Positions 1 to 10,800 of a stretch of DNA of 64,000 bases are shown here, piece after piece (positions within the stretch are counted from its first letter, which is position 1; the number at the start of each line of letters is the position of its first letter). This DNA is from Aureliella sp. GTDB taxonomy: Bacteria > Planctomycetota > Planctomycetia > Pirellulales > Pirellulaceae. The stretch spans positions 2,432,001 through 2,496,000 of the forward strand of contig OY829846.1 in assembly GCA_963691875.1 (NCBI GenBank), written 5' to 3'. Below the pieces are notes generated by a model. The model worked only from the letters and a program-made list of their open reading frames with translations. It made no database searches and had not been told where the DNA came from. The position numbers were made by a program, and so were the translations under genes.

Positions 1-278
1 TAAGAAGTAGAACCCGAAGAGGTCTTCTTATCGCGAGCCCTTTGTTTGGAGCTAGGCTTTGGGTCAACCCACCTGCTGATCGGCCAACCGCTAAATCGCG
101 GTAGCTAATGCTTGAAGCGGCTCGCGAGCATTGCGTGCTGATTGACCTCGGCACTATGCTGTGAAGTATACACCCAGAGTCTCAAGTGGCTTAGGCTCCA
201 GTTTTCGGCATAGTCCCTTGGCATGTTCTTCCAACACTCCTAGCTTCCAACCGCTCGTCAGGTCACAATCACGCCTGT

Positions 279-500
279 ATGTCCGACCAGAAACCGCCTG
301 AACCCAATTTGCCGCCGCTGTTGCAGGCCAGCCGGTGCGCGGGCTGTGACAACCGTCGGTTGATCGAAAGTGGCAAAGGCTCTGTTTTCTTGCTCTGCGA
401 AGTCGGATTGTCCGATCCTAGCTGGCCGAAGTACCCACCTCAGCCCGTCGGACAGTGCCCAAAGTTTTCTGAACGCATTTCTCCCCAAGTTGGCCGATAA
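279..500 (+). CDS. Small Cys-rich hypothetical protein (CxxC...C...C), possible metal binding
   Basis: 73-aa ORF with CAGC, LLCE and PKYPPQPVGQC; ATG start; co-oriented upstream of rlmN. Confidence 0.6.
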   Translation: MSDQKPPEPNLPPLLQASRCAGCDNRRLIESGKGSVFLLCEVGLSDPSWPKYPPQPVGQCPKFSERISPQVGR

Positions 501-715
501 CAAGAGCAGCTTTATAAGGGCATTTCTTGCTGATTGGGAGATGTTCTACCGGCGCTGCATTATGACTGCCTACTTTGCTGATTTATGTGAACTCTAGCCT
601 GGCATAACCTCTCAGTCTCCTTCCGCTCCCTTCCCCCGCCATCAAGCACGCCCAGCCCGCAGCTATTTCTGCAAATTGCACTGGTCATCGATCATCGAGT
701 AACGAAAATCGGGAC

Positions 716-1810
716 ATGTCCGAGTCTTCATCACTACCCGTTCTCGATTCTTCCTTGGCTGATGCACGGCCACATATGCTGGATCTCACCTCAGAGGAGC
801 TCGCAAAATGGCTCAAAGATCAAGGCCAGCCCAAGTTTCGACTGAAACAAATCCAGGGCTGGATAACGCAACGCCGGGCGCAGTCCTTTGATGACATGAC
901 GGATCTTTCCAAAGTGCTTCGGCAAAAGCTTTCGGAAAGTTTCAGGCTGTGGACGGCGAGCATTGCGGAGCACCAAAAGTCATCTGATGGCACCGAGAAA
1001 TTGCTCGTCGATCTCGCCGACGGGGGTCGCGTCGAGTGTGTTCTGCTCCGTGAAGAAGGTCGACGGTCGATCTGCGTGAGCAGCCAAGTCGGCTGTGCGA
1101 TGGGCTGTGTCTTCTGTGCCAGCGGGCTGGACGGCGTCGAGCGCAATTTGACTCGCGGTGAGATCCTCGAGCAAATGCTGCGACTGCAGCGACTGCTGCC
1201 AGAAGAAGAGCGGCTCAGCCACATCGTAATGATGGGCATGGGCGAACCACTCGCGAATCTGGATGCCGTTCTCGCAGCTCTCGAAGTCGCCAAAGATCCA
1301 GACGGTCTTGGTATCAGTCCCCGGCGTATCACGATCAGCACCGTCGGCTTGCCCAAAGCCATCGACAAACTCGCTCGTCACTCAACACCATTTCACCTAG
1401 CAATCAGCCTACATGCTCCGACGGATCCACTCCGAGACAGGTTGGTGCCCGTCAACGCAAAGATTGGCATCAACGACATCATGGCTGCTGCCGATCGCTA
1501 CTTCGATGCAACGGGAAGACGCCTTACTTTCGAGTACGTTTTGCTGGCCGGGATCAACGACAGCGAAGTCTGCGCCAAGCAACTGGTAGGAGTCCTGCGA
1601 GGACGCGTGAGTATGCTGAACGTGATTCCTTACAACCAAGTTGCTGGTTTGCCCTACGAGACACCGGACTCGGATGCGGTTCACACGTTCCGCGATATCT
1701 TGATTCAAGGCGGGATCAACGTGATGTTCCGACAGCGAAAAGGCGACGGCATCGATGCTGCTTGCGGCCAATTACGACGCAAACGTGAGTTAATCGACAG
1801 CAAGCAGTAG
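716..1810 (+). CDS. rlmN: 23S rRNA (adenine-2503-C2)/tRNA methyltransferase, radical SAM
   Basis: CVSSQVGCAMGCVFCASG (CxxxCxxC), MGMGEPL, TFEYVLL, C-terminal DAACGQL. Confidence 0.97.
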   Translation: MSESSSLPVLDSSLADARPHMLDLTSEELAKWLKDQGQPKFRLKQIQGWITQRRAQSFDDMTDLSKVLRQKLSESFRLWTASIAEHQKSSDGTEKLLVDLADGGRVECVLLREEGRRSICVSSQVGCAMGCVFCASGLDGVERNLTRGEILEQMLRLQRLLPEEERLSHIVMMGMGEPLANLDAVLAALEVAKDPDGLGISPRRITISTVGLPKAIDKLARHSTPFHLAISLHAPTDPLRDRLVPVNAKIGINDIMAAADRYFDATGRRLTFEYVLLAGINDSEVCAKQLVGVLRGRVSMLNVIPYNQVAGLPYETPDSDAVHTFRDILIQGGINVMFRQRKGDGIDAACGQLRRKRELIDSKQ

Positions 1811-1887
1811 GGCCGACACTCCTGTAAGTGAGCCTTAATGGCGTCAGCCGCCGGGCTCGCTCCCGCATTGATCCCGTTCGCATCTCA

Positions 1888-1937
1888 CCCAACGCTTTAG
1901 CGAGGACAACCAGCCGTCGACTCGCTGACGTCTTGGG
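1888..1937. repeat. REP-like imperfect inverted repeat between convergent genes
   Basis: CCCAACGCTTTAGCGAG (1888-1904) pairs imperfectly with CTCGCTGACGTCTTGGG (1921-1937); resembles the palindrome at 59585. Confidence 0.55.
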
Positions 1938-1959
1938 ATAATGGAAGCTCGCTGCCTCC

Positions 1960-2361
1960 CTACCCAGCCGACGCCAAGAAGGGCTCGAGTAATTCGCGTG
2001 CCTTTTCATCATTGTCCGTGGACATGATGACAATGGCCCAGCCGTTGTCGCGACGAGCAAAACGCATCGAACGAATGTTGATGCCAGGCTCCTTGAGGTT
2101 TCTTGACAGACGGGCCAACGCACCAGGCTCATCCTTGATCTTCAGTACGATCAGATCTTCTCCAATCGCGTGATAGCCGGCCTCAGAAAGTGCTCGAAGA
2201 GCCACTGCATAGGGATCGGCCTGCAACACCACGACGCAATGCGAACCATCATCATTGGCATCGCACGCTGTGATGTTGGCATTCACCTCCGCCAAGACTT
2301 CGGCGATCGCAGCCAAAGTGCCGGCTTGCCCAGGTGCAGTAATAAGCGTGATTTGCTTCAT
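1960..2361 (-). CDS. Tandem ACT-domain protein
   Basis: Two ACT-like repeats (GQAGTLAAIAEVLAEVNANI; DEPGALARLSRNLKEPGINI); start overlaps the stop of the upstream decarboxylase. Confidence 0.85.
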   Translation of the reverse strand: MKQITLITAPGQAGTLAAIAEVLAEVNANITACDANDDGSHCVVVLQADPYAVALRALSEAGYHAIGEDLIVLKIKDEPGALARLSRNLKEPGINIRSMRFARRDNGWAIVIMSTDNDEKARELLEPFLASAG

Positions 2362-3482
2362 GACCCTTCACCTGCACTGGCAATCTCTGCTACGACTTTG
2401 TCTACCATCTCTGTCGTCACATGCGGCATCGTGATGATATGAGCAATCGACTCACTCGGTGCGATTTGCCAACGCTGAATCACACTCTTTGCCGGTCGAG
2501 GAAAAACGACGGTAATGGAATTCGGATGCCGCCAAGCCCTGACGCCATACTCTGCAAACTTTTCAATCGCGTAATCAGCTAACGCGAGACTGTATTGCAT
2601 TCGAGCCCGAAAACCCTCCTCACCCCAACGCTGAATCGCCAACCACAGAATGATCGGAGTAATCGCATTCCGACTTCCTGCGATCGTCGTATCACTGCAT
2701 CCCACATACTCGACCGACTGAGCAACTCGATCTACGTTTGCCCGTTTGGCAAGCACCACACCACAAGGCATAGGACTGCCGATGAACTTGTGACCGGAAA
2801 CCGAGACAGAATCGAGCCCCGAGTCAAACGCGAATGGCTGTGGGTTGTCGACCCATGGCAACAACATGCCACTGAGTGCCGCGTCGGCATGCAAGTAGTA
2901 GCGTGAGATTGCAAACGACTTGAGGATGTCGCGAATACGATCCAAGTTGTCGACCGCACCATGCATCGTCGTGCCGATGTTCGCCAGGATGATCGGCGGC
3001 ACGTCACGGTGCAACTCAATCGTCGCCTTGAGATCTTCGTAGTCAATCTCACCGTTTTCCTGCCCACGGATCATGATGCTGCGGGCACCCAGCACGCGAA
3101 CCAGTTTTGCTGCTGAATAGTGCGTATGCTCGGAAAAATAAATGATGCCATTCGGAAAGGCTTCGCGAGCCAAATAGAGCCCGTACAGATTTCCCTCGGT
3201 GCCACCTGCGGTCATGTAGCCCCAAGTGCTATCTCGATTGGCCCGTAAATGCTTTCGAAAGAAGCCGACGACCTCACGCTCGAATTCGAAAGTGTTTTCG
3301 CGGTAGATCGACTCGGCGAACGGATCACCCACGTTATTCACCGCATACTCCAAGAGAGGCATGATCTCGCGGTGGTTGTAGTCTTGGGCGCACGGATACC
3401 CAATAAAGCTATCGGAAAGATGCGAGAGTTCCCCTAGCAAACTTTGCAGGCGCTCGGCTGCCGCGGGACGAAGCTTTGGCAT
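2358..3482 (-). CDS. PLP-dependent group II decarboxylase, histidine/serine decarboxylase family
   Basis: IGYP, NNVGDPF, GGTEGNLYG, HYS, HADAALSG, SGHK PLP-lysine, GSRN; start placed at ATG 3482 (ORF track extends to 3572). Confidence 0.88.
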   Translation of the reverse strand: MPKLRPAAAERLQSLLGELSHLSDSFIGYPCAQDYNHREIMPLLEYAVNNVGDPFAESIYRENTFEFEREVVGFFRKHLRANRDSTWGYMTAGGTEGNLYGLYLAREAFPNGIIYFSEHTHYSAAKLVRVLGARSIMIRGQENGEIDYEDLKATIELHRDVPPIILANIGTTMHGAVDNLDRIRDILKSFAISRYYLHADAALSGMLLPWVDNPQPFAFDSGLDSVSVSGHKFIGSPMPCGVVLAKRANVDRVAQSVEYVGCSDTTIAGSRNAITPIILWLAIQRWGEEGFRARMQYSLALADYAIEKFAEYGVRAWRHPNSITVVFPRPAKSVIQRWQIAPSESIAHIITMPHVTTEMVDKVVAEIASAGEGS

Positions 3483-3726
3483 CTGCGGCGGCAGCAATGC
3501 GGGCTTGACGGGTGTTTGTTGATCCAACACGGCAGTTATTACCAAGTTAGAGTGTCTAGAGTGTCGCGACAAAAAACAATCTCGACGGGGGCGTCCGAAA
3601 CTATCCGGATTTGAACGTTTCCGTCAAGGCAAAATCTCCGAGCCAACATTTTCGGTATCCGCATAATTGCGTGATGCATAACCGTAGTTGCCTACTTGCT
3701 TAGCCGTATTGTGTGGCAACAGCTTG

Positions 3727-4254
3727 TCATCCTGATCTCTTGCTTGCCACCCTGCGCGTCATCGAAGAACACGTCTCATCTAAAGCTTTTTTGATCAACA
3801 TCCACTCACTTGGTGCGTCATGTAGCCTAAAGCCAGTGCAAGCTGAGAACACTTTTTTACACTGCGAAGCCAGTGCCATACATGTCTTGGCCAATTCCGT
3901 TACACCGAATGGCTGAGCGAAAACCCACGCCCGAGAGCACTTACTGCGAAGCTCGTCGATTCTGGTGCTGTAGTTTGCTTTTCGTTGTTCGGGGTATTTC
4001 CACCACACCCGAGGTGGATTGACGGTCATGAAATCGATGGCCGCGAGAAATACCTCGAGGACGCAAGGATCGTGGAAAGTCCTCGTTTCATGATTGAGTC
4101 GCTGATAGACCGCGACCGGGTCGACTCCAATCAAGTCCCGCGGTGATGTTATCCCCAACAGGCAGGAATCCTCGGTGATCACGAGCTCTGCAGTGCAAAC
4201 CTTACTTAGTTTTCGGATTTCCGATCTCGGCGTTGCATGCGTAGCTTTTGGCAT
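3727..4254 (-). pseudogene. Cdd1/mitomycin-resistance-like helix-hairpin-helix protein, apparently degenerate
   Basis: LLGITSPRDLIGVDP..YQRL..HDPCVL..WWKY..RK family pattern; the N-terminal HhH (PNIG-like) is eroded and the C-terminal extension looks non-homologous. Confidence 0.55.
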
Positions 4255-4591
4255 TGGAATGTGCTCGTTTGCGTAGCGTTGAGAGTGTTCAAGACTCTCG
4301 GCCCTAGGTCACCCACAGCTTTGGAACGCCGGCAGAGTGTTTGACCTGGGCCAACCGACTTCGGTACCCTGTAGCAGCAGCCCCAACCTTGTGAAGATTT
4401 GATGAATTGAAAGGCCCTCAAAGCCCGGTTCCGACCACCTCATCAACACATGTGGCCTATCAGCGTGGAAAAAGGCAACCTGGCATTTACCGGGGTTCTT
4501 GTGTGAATCCAATCCGTGGATTAGCTTTTCGCAAGATTGCCAAGGGCGATGTTACAAAAGCCAACCTCATTTTTGACCGGAGCATCACAAG

Positions 4592-5680
4592 GTGTCCAAA
4601 CAGCGTTCGTTCCGCTCTCCTTCTGCCAAACTTACGGCCCTAATTCTGGCTGCTACATTGCTCGCCGGCTGCGGTGGCAAAGACAAAGAAAACGTTGAAT
4701 CTGCCGGGGGTGCTGGAGCAGCCTCGGGAGAACCCGTCAAACTACTCGGTTCAGGTGCTAGCTTTCCTGATCCGCTATACCAAAAGTGGTTTAAGGATTT
4801 TTCTGCATCGAACCCAGATGTTCGAATTGACTATCAAGCGAAGGGCAGTGGGGCTGGAATTAAAGACTTCACCGCCAAGCTCGTAAACTTTGGCGCCAGC
4901 GATGCAGCGATGAAGGACGAAGAGATCGCTAAGGTGGAAGCAGGTGTTCAGATGCTGCCTATGACGGCCGGCGAAGTCGTTCTGGCCTACAACCTGAAGG
5001 GCGTCGAAAACCTCAACCTCTCACGCGCAGCCTACATTGGCATCTTCGATGGCACCGTCAAGAAGTGGAACGATCCCAAAATCGTAGAAGCCAATCCAGG
5101 CGTCACGCTTCCCGACCAAGAGATCACTGTCGTCACACGAGCCGACAGCAGCGGAACAACTTTCGTTTTCACTCAGCACTTGAGCGCTCTGAGTGAAGCA
5201 TGGAAGAACGGCCCAGGCACTGGTAAAAAGTTGGACTGGCCCGAAAGCCGGATGATCGCGTCTCCAAAGAATGACGGAGTGACCGCCAGCATTAAGCAGA
5301 CAGAAGGTGCGATCGGCTACATCGAGTACGGCTTTGCGAAGTTCTCGAAGCTGCCCATGGCTTCGCTCGAAAACAAAGCTGGCAAGTACATCGCACCTGG
5401 CCTCGAAAGCGGACAGGCTGCTTTGGCAGGTGTGAAAATGCCTGAGAACTTGCGAGCTTGGCTGCCGGACCCAGAGGCCGAAGCGGCTTATCCAATCGTT
5501 ACTTATACTTGGCTGCTCTGCTACCAGAAGTACGAAGATCCGGCGGTTGCAGAGACCCTGAAGAAAGTCGTAGAATACTGCTTGACCGAGGGTCAAAAGG
5601 TCAGCGACGAAATGGGCTATATCCCTTTGCCTGAAAACGTCGTTGAGACCGTACGCGGCGCACTGGCCAACATCAAGTAG
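4592..5680 (+). CDS. pstS: Phosphate ABC transporter substrate-binding lipoprotein
   Basis: LLAGC lipobox, GSGASFP, GSGAG, FGASD, RADSSGTT, YPIVTYTW. Confidence 0.96.
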   Translation: MSKQRSFRSPSAKLTALILAATLLAGCGGKDKENVESAGGAGAASGEPVKLLGSGASFPDPLYQKWFKDFSASNPDVRIDYQAKGSGAGIKDFTAKLVNFGASDAAMKDEEIAKVEAGVQMLPMTAGEVVLAYNLKGVENLNLSRAAYIGIFDGTVKKWNDPKIVEANPGVTLPDQEITVVTRADSSGTTFVFTQHLSALSEAWKNGPGTGKKLDWPESRMIASPKNDGVTASIKQTEGAIGYIEYGFAKFSKLPMASLENKAGKYIAPGLESGQAALAGVKMPENLRAWLPDPEAEAAYPIVTYTWLLCYQKYEDPAVAETLKKVVEYCLTEGQKVSDEMGYIPLPENVVETVRGALANIK

Positions 5681-5719
5681 TCCATCTGCCAACCGCGCTA
5701 GCGATTAGGCAAAGACAAG

Positions 5720-6736
5720 ATGAACTCAGCACATTCAAGTGCTCCCAAAAATTCGCAGCCCTCTTCGGCCGAAGAGGGCTCGTCTTCTCATTCGGTCGCA
5801 GTTCCGCCCTCATCGTTCGATCTCTGGACGAATTTTCTTTTCCGCGGCGCATGTCAGCTCTTTGCATGGCTCACCATTGCACTTCTGGCTTTCATCTTCA
5901 TCCTGCTCGTAGTGAAAGCGAAGCCCGCGGTAGAAGACTATGGGCTGGGACTCTTGATCGGAACGACCTGGAATCCCAACTCGGATCCACCGAAATACGG
6001 AATCTTGCCACAGATTTGGGGGACTTTGTATAGCTCGTTATTGGCGTTGGGTATCGCAGGATTTTTTGGCATCTCCATCGCCATCTATCTCACGCAGGAT
6101 TTTCTACCAACGTGGTTAGAGTGGCTTTTCAAGAACATCATCGAGTTGCTCGCTGCGATTCCTAGCGTTGTTTACGGGCTCTGGGGCATTTTTGTGGTTA
6201 TTCCATTCATCAAGCCCGCGTGCAACTGGCTGCATGAGAGTTTTGGTTGGTTCCCCCTGTTCTCCACGTCACTGATCGGGCCTGGAATGTTTCCCGCCAC
6301 CTTGGTGCTGGCAATCATGATCTTACCGACCGTAACGGCAGTCTCGCGGGACGCGCTGGTTTCAGTTCCAACGAAGATTCGTGAAGCCGCCTTTGGCCTC
6401 GGTGCCACGCGTTGGGAAGTGATCCTCAAAGTCATTTTGCCGACGGCCGGAACCGGCATCTTTGGTGCGTTGGTTCTGGGGCTTGGGCGTGCTCTCGGCG
6501 AGACCATGGCTTTGGCCATGTTAGTTGGATCGTCGAACAAACTTAGCTGGTCGCTGTTCTCGCCCGCCGATACCCTGGCTGCACTTCTTGCGAACAATTT
6601 CAATGAAGCAGGCGAAGTCGAAGTTGGAGTGTTGCTCTATGCCGCCTTGGTATTAATGGCCCTAACACTGAGCGTGAACATGGCCGGAACCGCACTGGTG
6701 CGCAGAGCGCTCGCGAACTTGGAGGGCACGAAATGA
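5720..6736 (+). CDS. pstC: Phosphate ABC transporter permease
   Basis: ELLAAIPSVVYGLWG, EAAFGLGATRWE, RALGETMA. Confidence 0.96.
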   Translation: MNSAHSSAPKNSQPSSAEEGSSSHSVAVPPSSFDLWTNFLFRGACQLFAWLTIALLAFIFILLVVKAKPAVEDYGLGLLIGTTWNPNSDPPKYGILPQIWGTLYSSLLALGIAGFFGISIAIYLTQDFLPTWLEWLFKNIIELLAAIPSVVYGLWGIFVVIPFIKPACNWLHESFGWFPLFSTSLIGPGMFPATLVLAIMILPTVTAVSRDALVSVPTKIREAAFGLGATRWEVILKVILPTAGTGIFGALVLGLGRALGETMALAMLVGSSNKLSWSLFSPADTLAALLANNFNEAGEVEVGVLLYAALVLMALTLSVNMAGTALVRRALANLEGTK

Positions 6737-7650
6737 CTTCTCCGGACTCGCAAAGCTCACAGGGTGCTGAAGACCAACCTTTGGATCTCAACCGCAACTT
6801 CCGCGATCGTCGGACGCTGACCAGCATCGCGCTCAGTACTCTGACGACGGTCGTAACGATCTTAGCCTGTATCCCATTGTTTTCCGTGTTAGCAATGCTC
6901 GCTTGGCGTGGCGGCAAACGGCTGAACTGGGCCATCTTCACCGAAACGCCCCCCACGGGCTTTGAGACGGGCGGAGGTTTCGGTAATGCGATCATGGGAA
7001 CGCTTGTAATGGTTGGTATCGCCGCAGTGATGAGCGTTCCCTTTGGAATCCTCGCGGCTATTTTCCTTGCCGAGCTTGGCCCCAAGAGCAAGACAGCCAC
7101 GGTGGTCCGATTCTGCATTAAGGTGCTGTCTGGTTTTCCATCGATTTTGGCGGGGGTTTTCGTCTACGCAACGATCGTGCTCGCCATGGGCTATTCTGCC
7201 TTCGCTGGTAGTATAGCGTTGTCGGTTTTGATGCTTCCCATTGTAGTCTTGACGGCAGAAGAAGCGATGAAGATGGTCCCCGCTAGAATGAAAGAAGCTG
7301 CTGCCGGAATGGGCTGCACTCGAACGCAAGTCGTTTGGAAAATAGTGCTCCCAACCGCACTTCCTGGAATGTTGACCGGGGTGATGTTAGCTGTTGCACG
7401 AGCCGCCGGTGAAACGGCTCCACTGCTGTTTACCGCGATGTCGAGTCCGCAATACTGGATCTTCGAAGATGGTAAGTTGAAGCTGGATGAACCAGCCTCG
7501 TCACTGGCGGTTTTGATATTTAACCTATCCAGTTCACCCTATGATAACTTGCTTGAACTGGCGTGGGCGGCGGCCTTGGTGCTCGTCCTGATCGTCCTGT
7601 TTTTCAATATTGTCGGGCAAGTTTTATCCCGCCGTAAATTCAAGACCTAA
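6733..7650 (+). CDS. pstA: Phosphate ABC transporter permease
   Basis: GFPSILAGVF, EAAAGMG, ARAAGETAPLLFTA; 4-bp overlap with pstC. Confidence 0.96.
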   Translation: MTSPDSQSSQGAEDQPLDLNRNFRDRRTLTSIALSTLTTVVTILACIPLFSVLAMLAWRGGKRLNWAIFTETPPTGFETGGGFGNAIMGTLVMVGIAAVMSVPFGILAAIFLAELGPKSKTATVVRFCIKVLSGFPSILAGVFVYATIVLAMGYSAFAGSIALSVLMLPIVVLTAEEAMKMVPARMKEAAAGMGCTRTQVVWKIVLPTALPGMLTGVMLAVARAAGETAPLLFTAMSSPQYWIFEDGKLKLDEPASSLAVLIFNLSSSPYDNLLELAWAAALVLVLIVLFFNIVGQVLSRRKFKT

Positions 7651-7688
7651 ACGCACGCACGCATTGACTTTTACCCTACAGAACTGAG

Positions 7689-8516
7689 ATGAGCCAAGCC
7701 GCAGAGCCCAGCACTGGCCAGACTGAAAACGAAGCCACGGATCGGCAGGTCGTTATTGACTGCTCGATGCAAAAGCTGTTTTACGGCTCCTTTCTGGCAG
7801 TGCGTGACAGCCGAATCCAGATACACAAGGGCGAGATCACTGCCTTCATCGGTCCATCCGGTTGCGGCAAGAGCACTGCTCTAAGATGCATCAATCGCAT
7901 GAACGATCTCATCCCGAGCTTTCGATTCGAAGGACATGTACACTTCCGTGGCGAAGACATTTACGCTCCAAGTGTCGATCCCGTTCGAGTGCGTCGCTAC
8001 ATTGGCATGGTCTTTCAGCAGCCCAATCCTTTTGCAATGAGCATCTACAAGAACGTTGCGTTCGGATTGAAGCTCAACCGAGTCAAAGATGATGTCCCCG
8101 GCCGAGTCGAGAAGGCCCTGCGCGGCGCGGCTTTGTGGGACGAGGTGAAAGACAAGTTAAATCAGAGTGGCCTTTCACTGTCAGGGGGTCAGCAACAGCG
8201 ACTTTGCATTGCCAGAGCCATTGCCACTGAACCCGAAGTCTTGCTGATGGACGAGCCATGCTCGGCATTAGACCCAATTGCCACACGCAAGATCGAAGAA
8301 TTGATGCAAGAGCTGAAGCAGCGATACACCATCGCTATTGTGACGCACAATCTCCAACAAGCCCAGCGTGTGGCCGATCGTACTGCCTTTATGTACGTCG
8401 ACTCTAGTCAGGGCGGCCGGACCGGCTACTTGGTGGAATACGCTCCCACGCGACAGATGTTTGAAGATCCGAAAGAAGAATACACTCGCCAATACATCAG
8501 AGGCGAATTTAGCTAA
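7689..8516 (+). CDS. pstB: Phosphate ABC transporter ATPase
   Basis: GPSGCGKS Walker [26 protein letters not shown]. Confidence 0.97.
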   Translation: MSQAAEPSTGQTENEATDRQVVIDCSMQKLFYGSFLAVRDSRIQIHKGEITAFIGPSGCGKSTALRCINRMNDLIPSFRFEGHVHFRGEDIYAPSVDPVRVRRYIGMVFQQPNPFAMSIYKNVAFGLKLNRVKDDVPGRVEKALRGAALWDEVKDKLNQSGLSLSGGQQQRLCIARAIATEPEVLLMDEPCSALDPIATRKIEELMQELKQRYTIAIVTHNLQQAQRVADRTAFMYVDSSQGGRTGYLVEYAPTRQMFEDPKEEYTRQYIRGEFS

Positions 8517-8831
8517 GCTAACTGCCCTCGCTTGCAGGCCGGCTTACAGGTGAGAAGCCCCACAAGATCGAGTACGGCAAGTACGATGCTTCGATTACAA
8601 TCCAAGGCTTGCACAAAAAGAAGTCCCCCATCCGCATGAGATTCGGCAAGCCCTCGAAAGGCGACTCGGCGGATCAAACGCAGATTGGTATTGCTGAGCA
8701 CTCAAAAGAAAAGCAGTGAAGCACTGTTGGCGTAATCGCTAGCAACCCGTCACTTTGCAATCACTTCCATCGTAGACTTTCTCAGCAACATCTTTGCCGC
8801 AAGCGCCAAAATCTTTGGTCGGCCATTCATA

Positions 8832-9962
8832 CTAGCGTGTTTCCGGCAACTGGTCCAACTCCAGTTCGGTTGACAATGGTGCGAAATAGTGTGCCACGTC
8901 GCCAGGAGTTACTTCCATCAGACTGCTTGGTTGCCACTTCGGGTTTTGGTCTTTGTCGACAAGAACGGCGCGGACGCCTTCGAAAAAGTCAGCCCCACGC
9001 ATACAGGCTTGACTAACGCGGTACTCCATCTTTAGGCATTCATCGAGCGACAGACTCTCGCCGCGTCGGAGCAACTCACAAGTCAATCTCAAGCTGGTTG
9101 GCGAGCGTTTTTTTAGTTTTGCCAGGCATTCTCTTGCTGCTTCGGACAATTTCGCGGAGCCACTTGCCTCAATTCTTTGCAGGGATTGCAAGCACTCTTC
9201 TAGCTCATCCGATGCGAAGCATTGCTCGGCGATTTCTCGGTCGATGCGATAGACTTGACGACTTTCTTCGGTGCCTAGATTCTCGGTTGTGCTGGGCTTC
9301 GCAGGATCAATCTCACGTACACCCGCAGCAGCCCATGCAGATTGCCAGTCTACCGATTCGAGAATTGTCATCCATTTCGAACCTTCGCTACGAGGCAGAA
9401 AGTGTGTGGCCCAGCCAAGATTCGCGGCGTAGTAGCCATCGAACGTCTTGCCCGTAAGCGCGAGCAAACGACCGATCGGCCCGCACTGATTGAAAAAGAA
9501 GCTGGCTCCTACATCTGGCACAAAGCCAATGGCCGTTTCTGGCATCGCCATTCGAGTAAACTCGGACGCAATGCGATGGGATCCATGCAGGGAGATTCCG
9601 ACCCCGGTTCCCATCGTGATCCCGTCCAAGTAAGCAACATAAGGCTTGGAGTAGGATGCAATAAGCGATACGAGTTCGTATTCGTGTCGAAACAGTTCTG
9701 CCGAAACAGTCCCCGGCCCTATGCCTTGCTCTTTGCCCGATTGATAGACACTCTTCACATCACCGCCAGCGCAGAATGCCCGATCTGCTTTTCCCGTCAC
9801 TAATACGGCGTCAACCTGCTCATCATCCTGCCAAGCGAGCAGCTGATTTCGCATCGCCTTCGCCACATTCAGGTTTACTGCATTGAGTGCTTTGGGGCGG
9901 TTCAGTGTCAACCGTCCAACTCGGCCAACGATGTAAATCTCAAGCTCGGAAATGTCCTGCAT
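8832..9962 (-). CDS. Enoyl-CoA hydratase/isomerase family, 3-hydroxyisobutyryl-CoA hydrolase-like
   Basis: LNRPKALNA, AFCAGGD, MPETAIGFVPDVG, DFFEGVRAVLVDKD; likely start MQDISE at 9962. Confidence 0.9.
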   Translation of the reverse strand: MQDISELEIYIVGRVGRLTLNRPKALNAVNLNVAKAMRNQLLAWQDDEQVDAVLVTGKADRAFCAGGDVKSVYQSGKEQGIGPGTVSAELFRHEYELVSLIASYSKPYVAYLDGITMGTGVGISLHGSHRIASEFTRMAMPETAIGFVPDVGASFFFNQCGPIGRLLALTGKTFDGYYAANLGWATHFLPRSEGSKWMTILESVDWQSAWAAAGVREIDPAKPSTTENLGTEESRQVYRIDREIAEQCFASDELEECLQSLQRIEASGSAKLSEAARECLAKLKKRSPTSLRLTCELLRRGESLSLDECLKMEYRVSQACMRGADFFEGVRAVLVDKDQNPKWQPSSLMEVTPGDVAHYFAPLSTELELDQLPETR

Positions 9963-10267
9963 AAAACTGGATTCTTGATTTTCGCGAAGAAGTCTCAGGA
10001 AAGCGGAAAGTCTTTTCCAAGTATCTAACCACAGTTTCCCTTCGTTAGTCTGCAATGGCAATGCTTGCCGTGAAGTGCGGACCAAGTCGAAACTTGCATG
10101 AAGGTGCTTCCCAGCCCCTGGCGGTGCAGTTCGGACAACTGGTCTATAACCTTGCCTACGAGTATTCACTCCAATCGGCCGAAGCTTTAGCTTCCATCTT
10201 TTCCGCGCGCCTACGGCGGAAAAGATGAGACGGACTCGAAGTCACTTGATCCTTCCGCTCCTTTCGT

Positions 10268-10800
10268 TTTGGCTTGCTCATCTTTGAAGGCTGGGGGCCA
10301 AAGACTGAGTCTTTGCATGACGAATCACCACGGCCTGTCACTGTGATGCAGCCTGAGCAATCGATGCCGCCACAAAGCCTCGTTGTACTAGAGTAGTGAG
10401 TTCCATGAAGAAAGAAGCGATCAGTTTCGAAGTCGGCGGCCGCGTAGAGTGGGTGCTTGAACCGGGCAAATACGTTGAAGTCCGACTCCCAGGCACTGAT
10501 AAAGATTCCGATGCCTCGGACGATGATCGGCAGTTGGCTCCGCTGGATCCAGCGGATCATGAAGCTGCAAAGCAACGCGAATAAGCGGACTTCGATGTGG
10601 CCGAACTGAATCTCGAAGCTGCCCAGATTCAGCTGACTGAGCATTACAAGCCGACAAGGATTCAATTAGGGCAGATTGGGAGCTAGCGGAAGCCAAACTC
10701 AAACGAATGAAACAGCTCGAAGCACAACGAGCTGTTGGTGGGGACATTTCGCATGCAGGCTGTGTCAGTGGAGCTCGACGGAGAAGTGTAGAATTTTCCA
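10268..10800 (+). pseudogene. Remnant of an RND efflux periplasmic adaptor (membrane fusion protein)
   Basis: Stitched frames read RPVTVM..SMKKEAISFEVGGRVEWVLEPG..LAPLDP..*ADFDVAELNLEAAQ..ELAEAKLKRMKQL; two frameshifts and one in-frame TAA. Confidence 0.6.

Noticed and set aside
4540..4591. Pho box upstream of pstS
   Set aside because: Only a weak single half-site (ATGTTAC); no convincing 11-bp-spaced direct repeat
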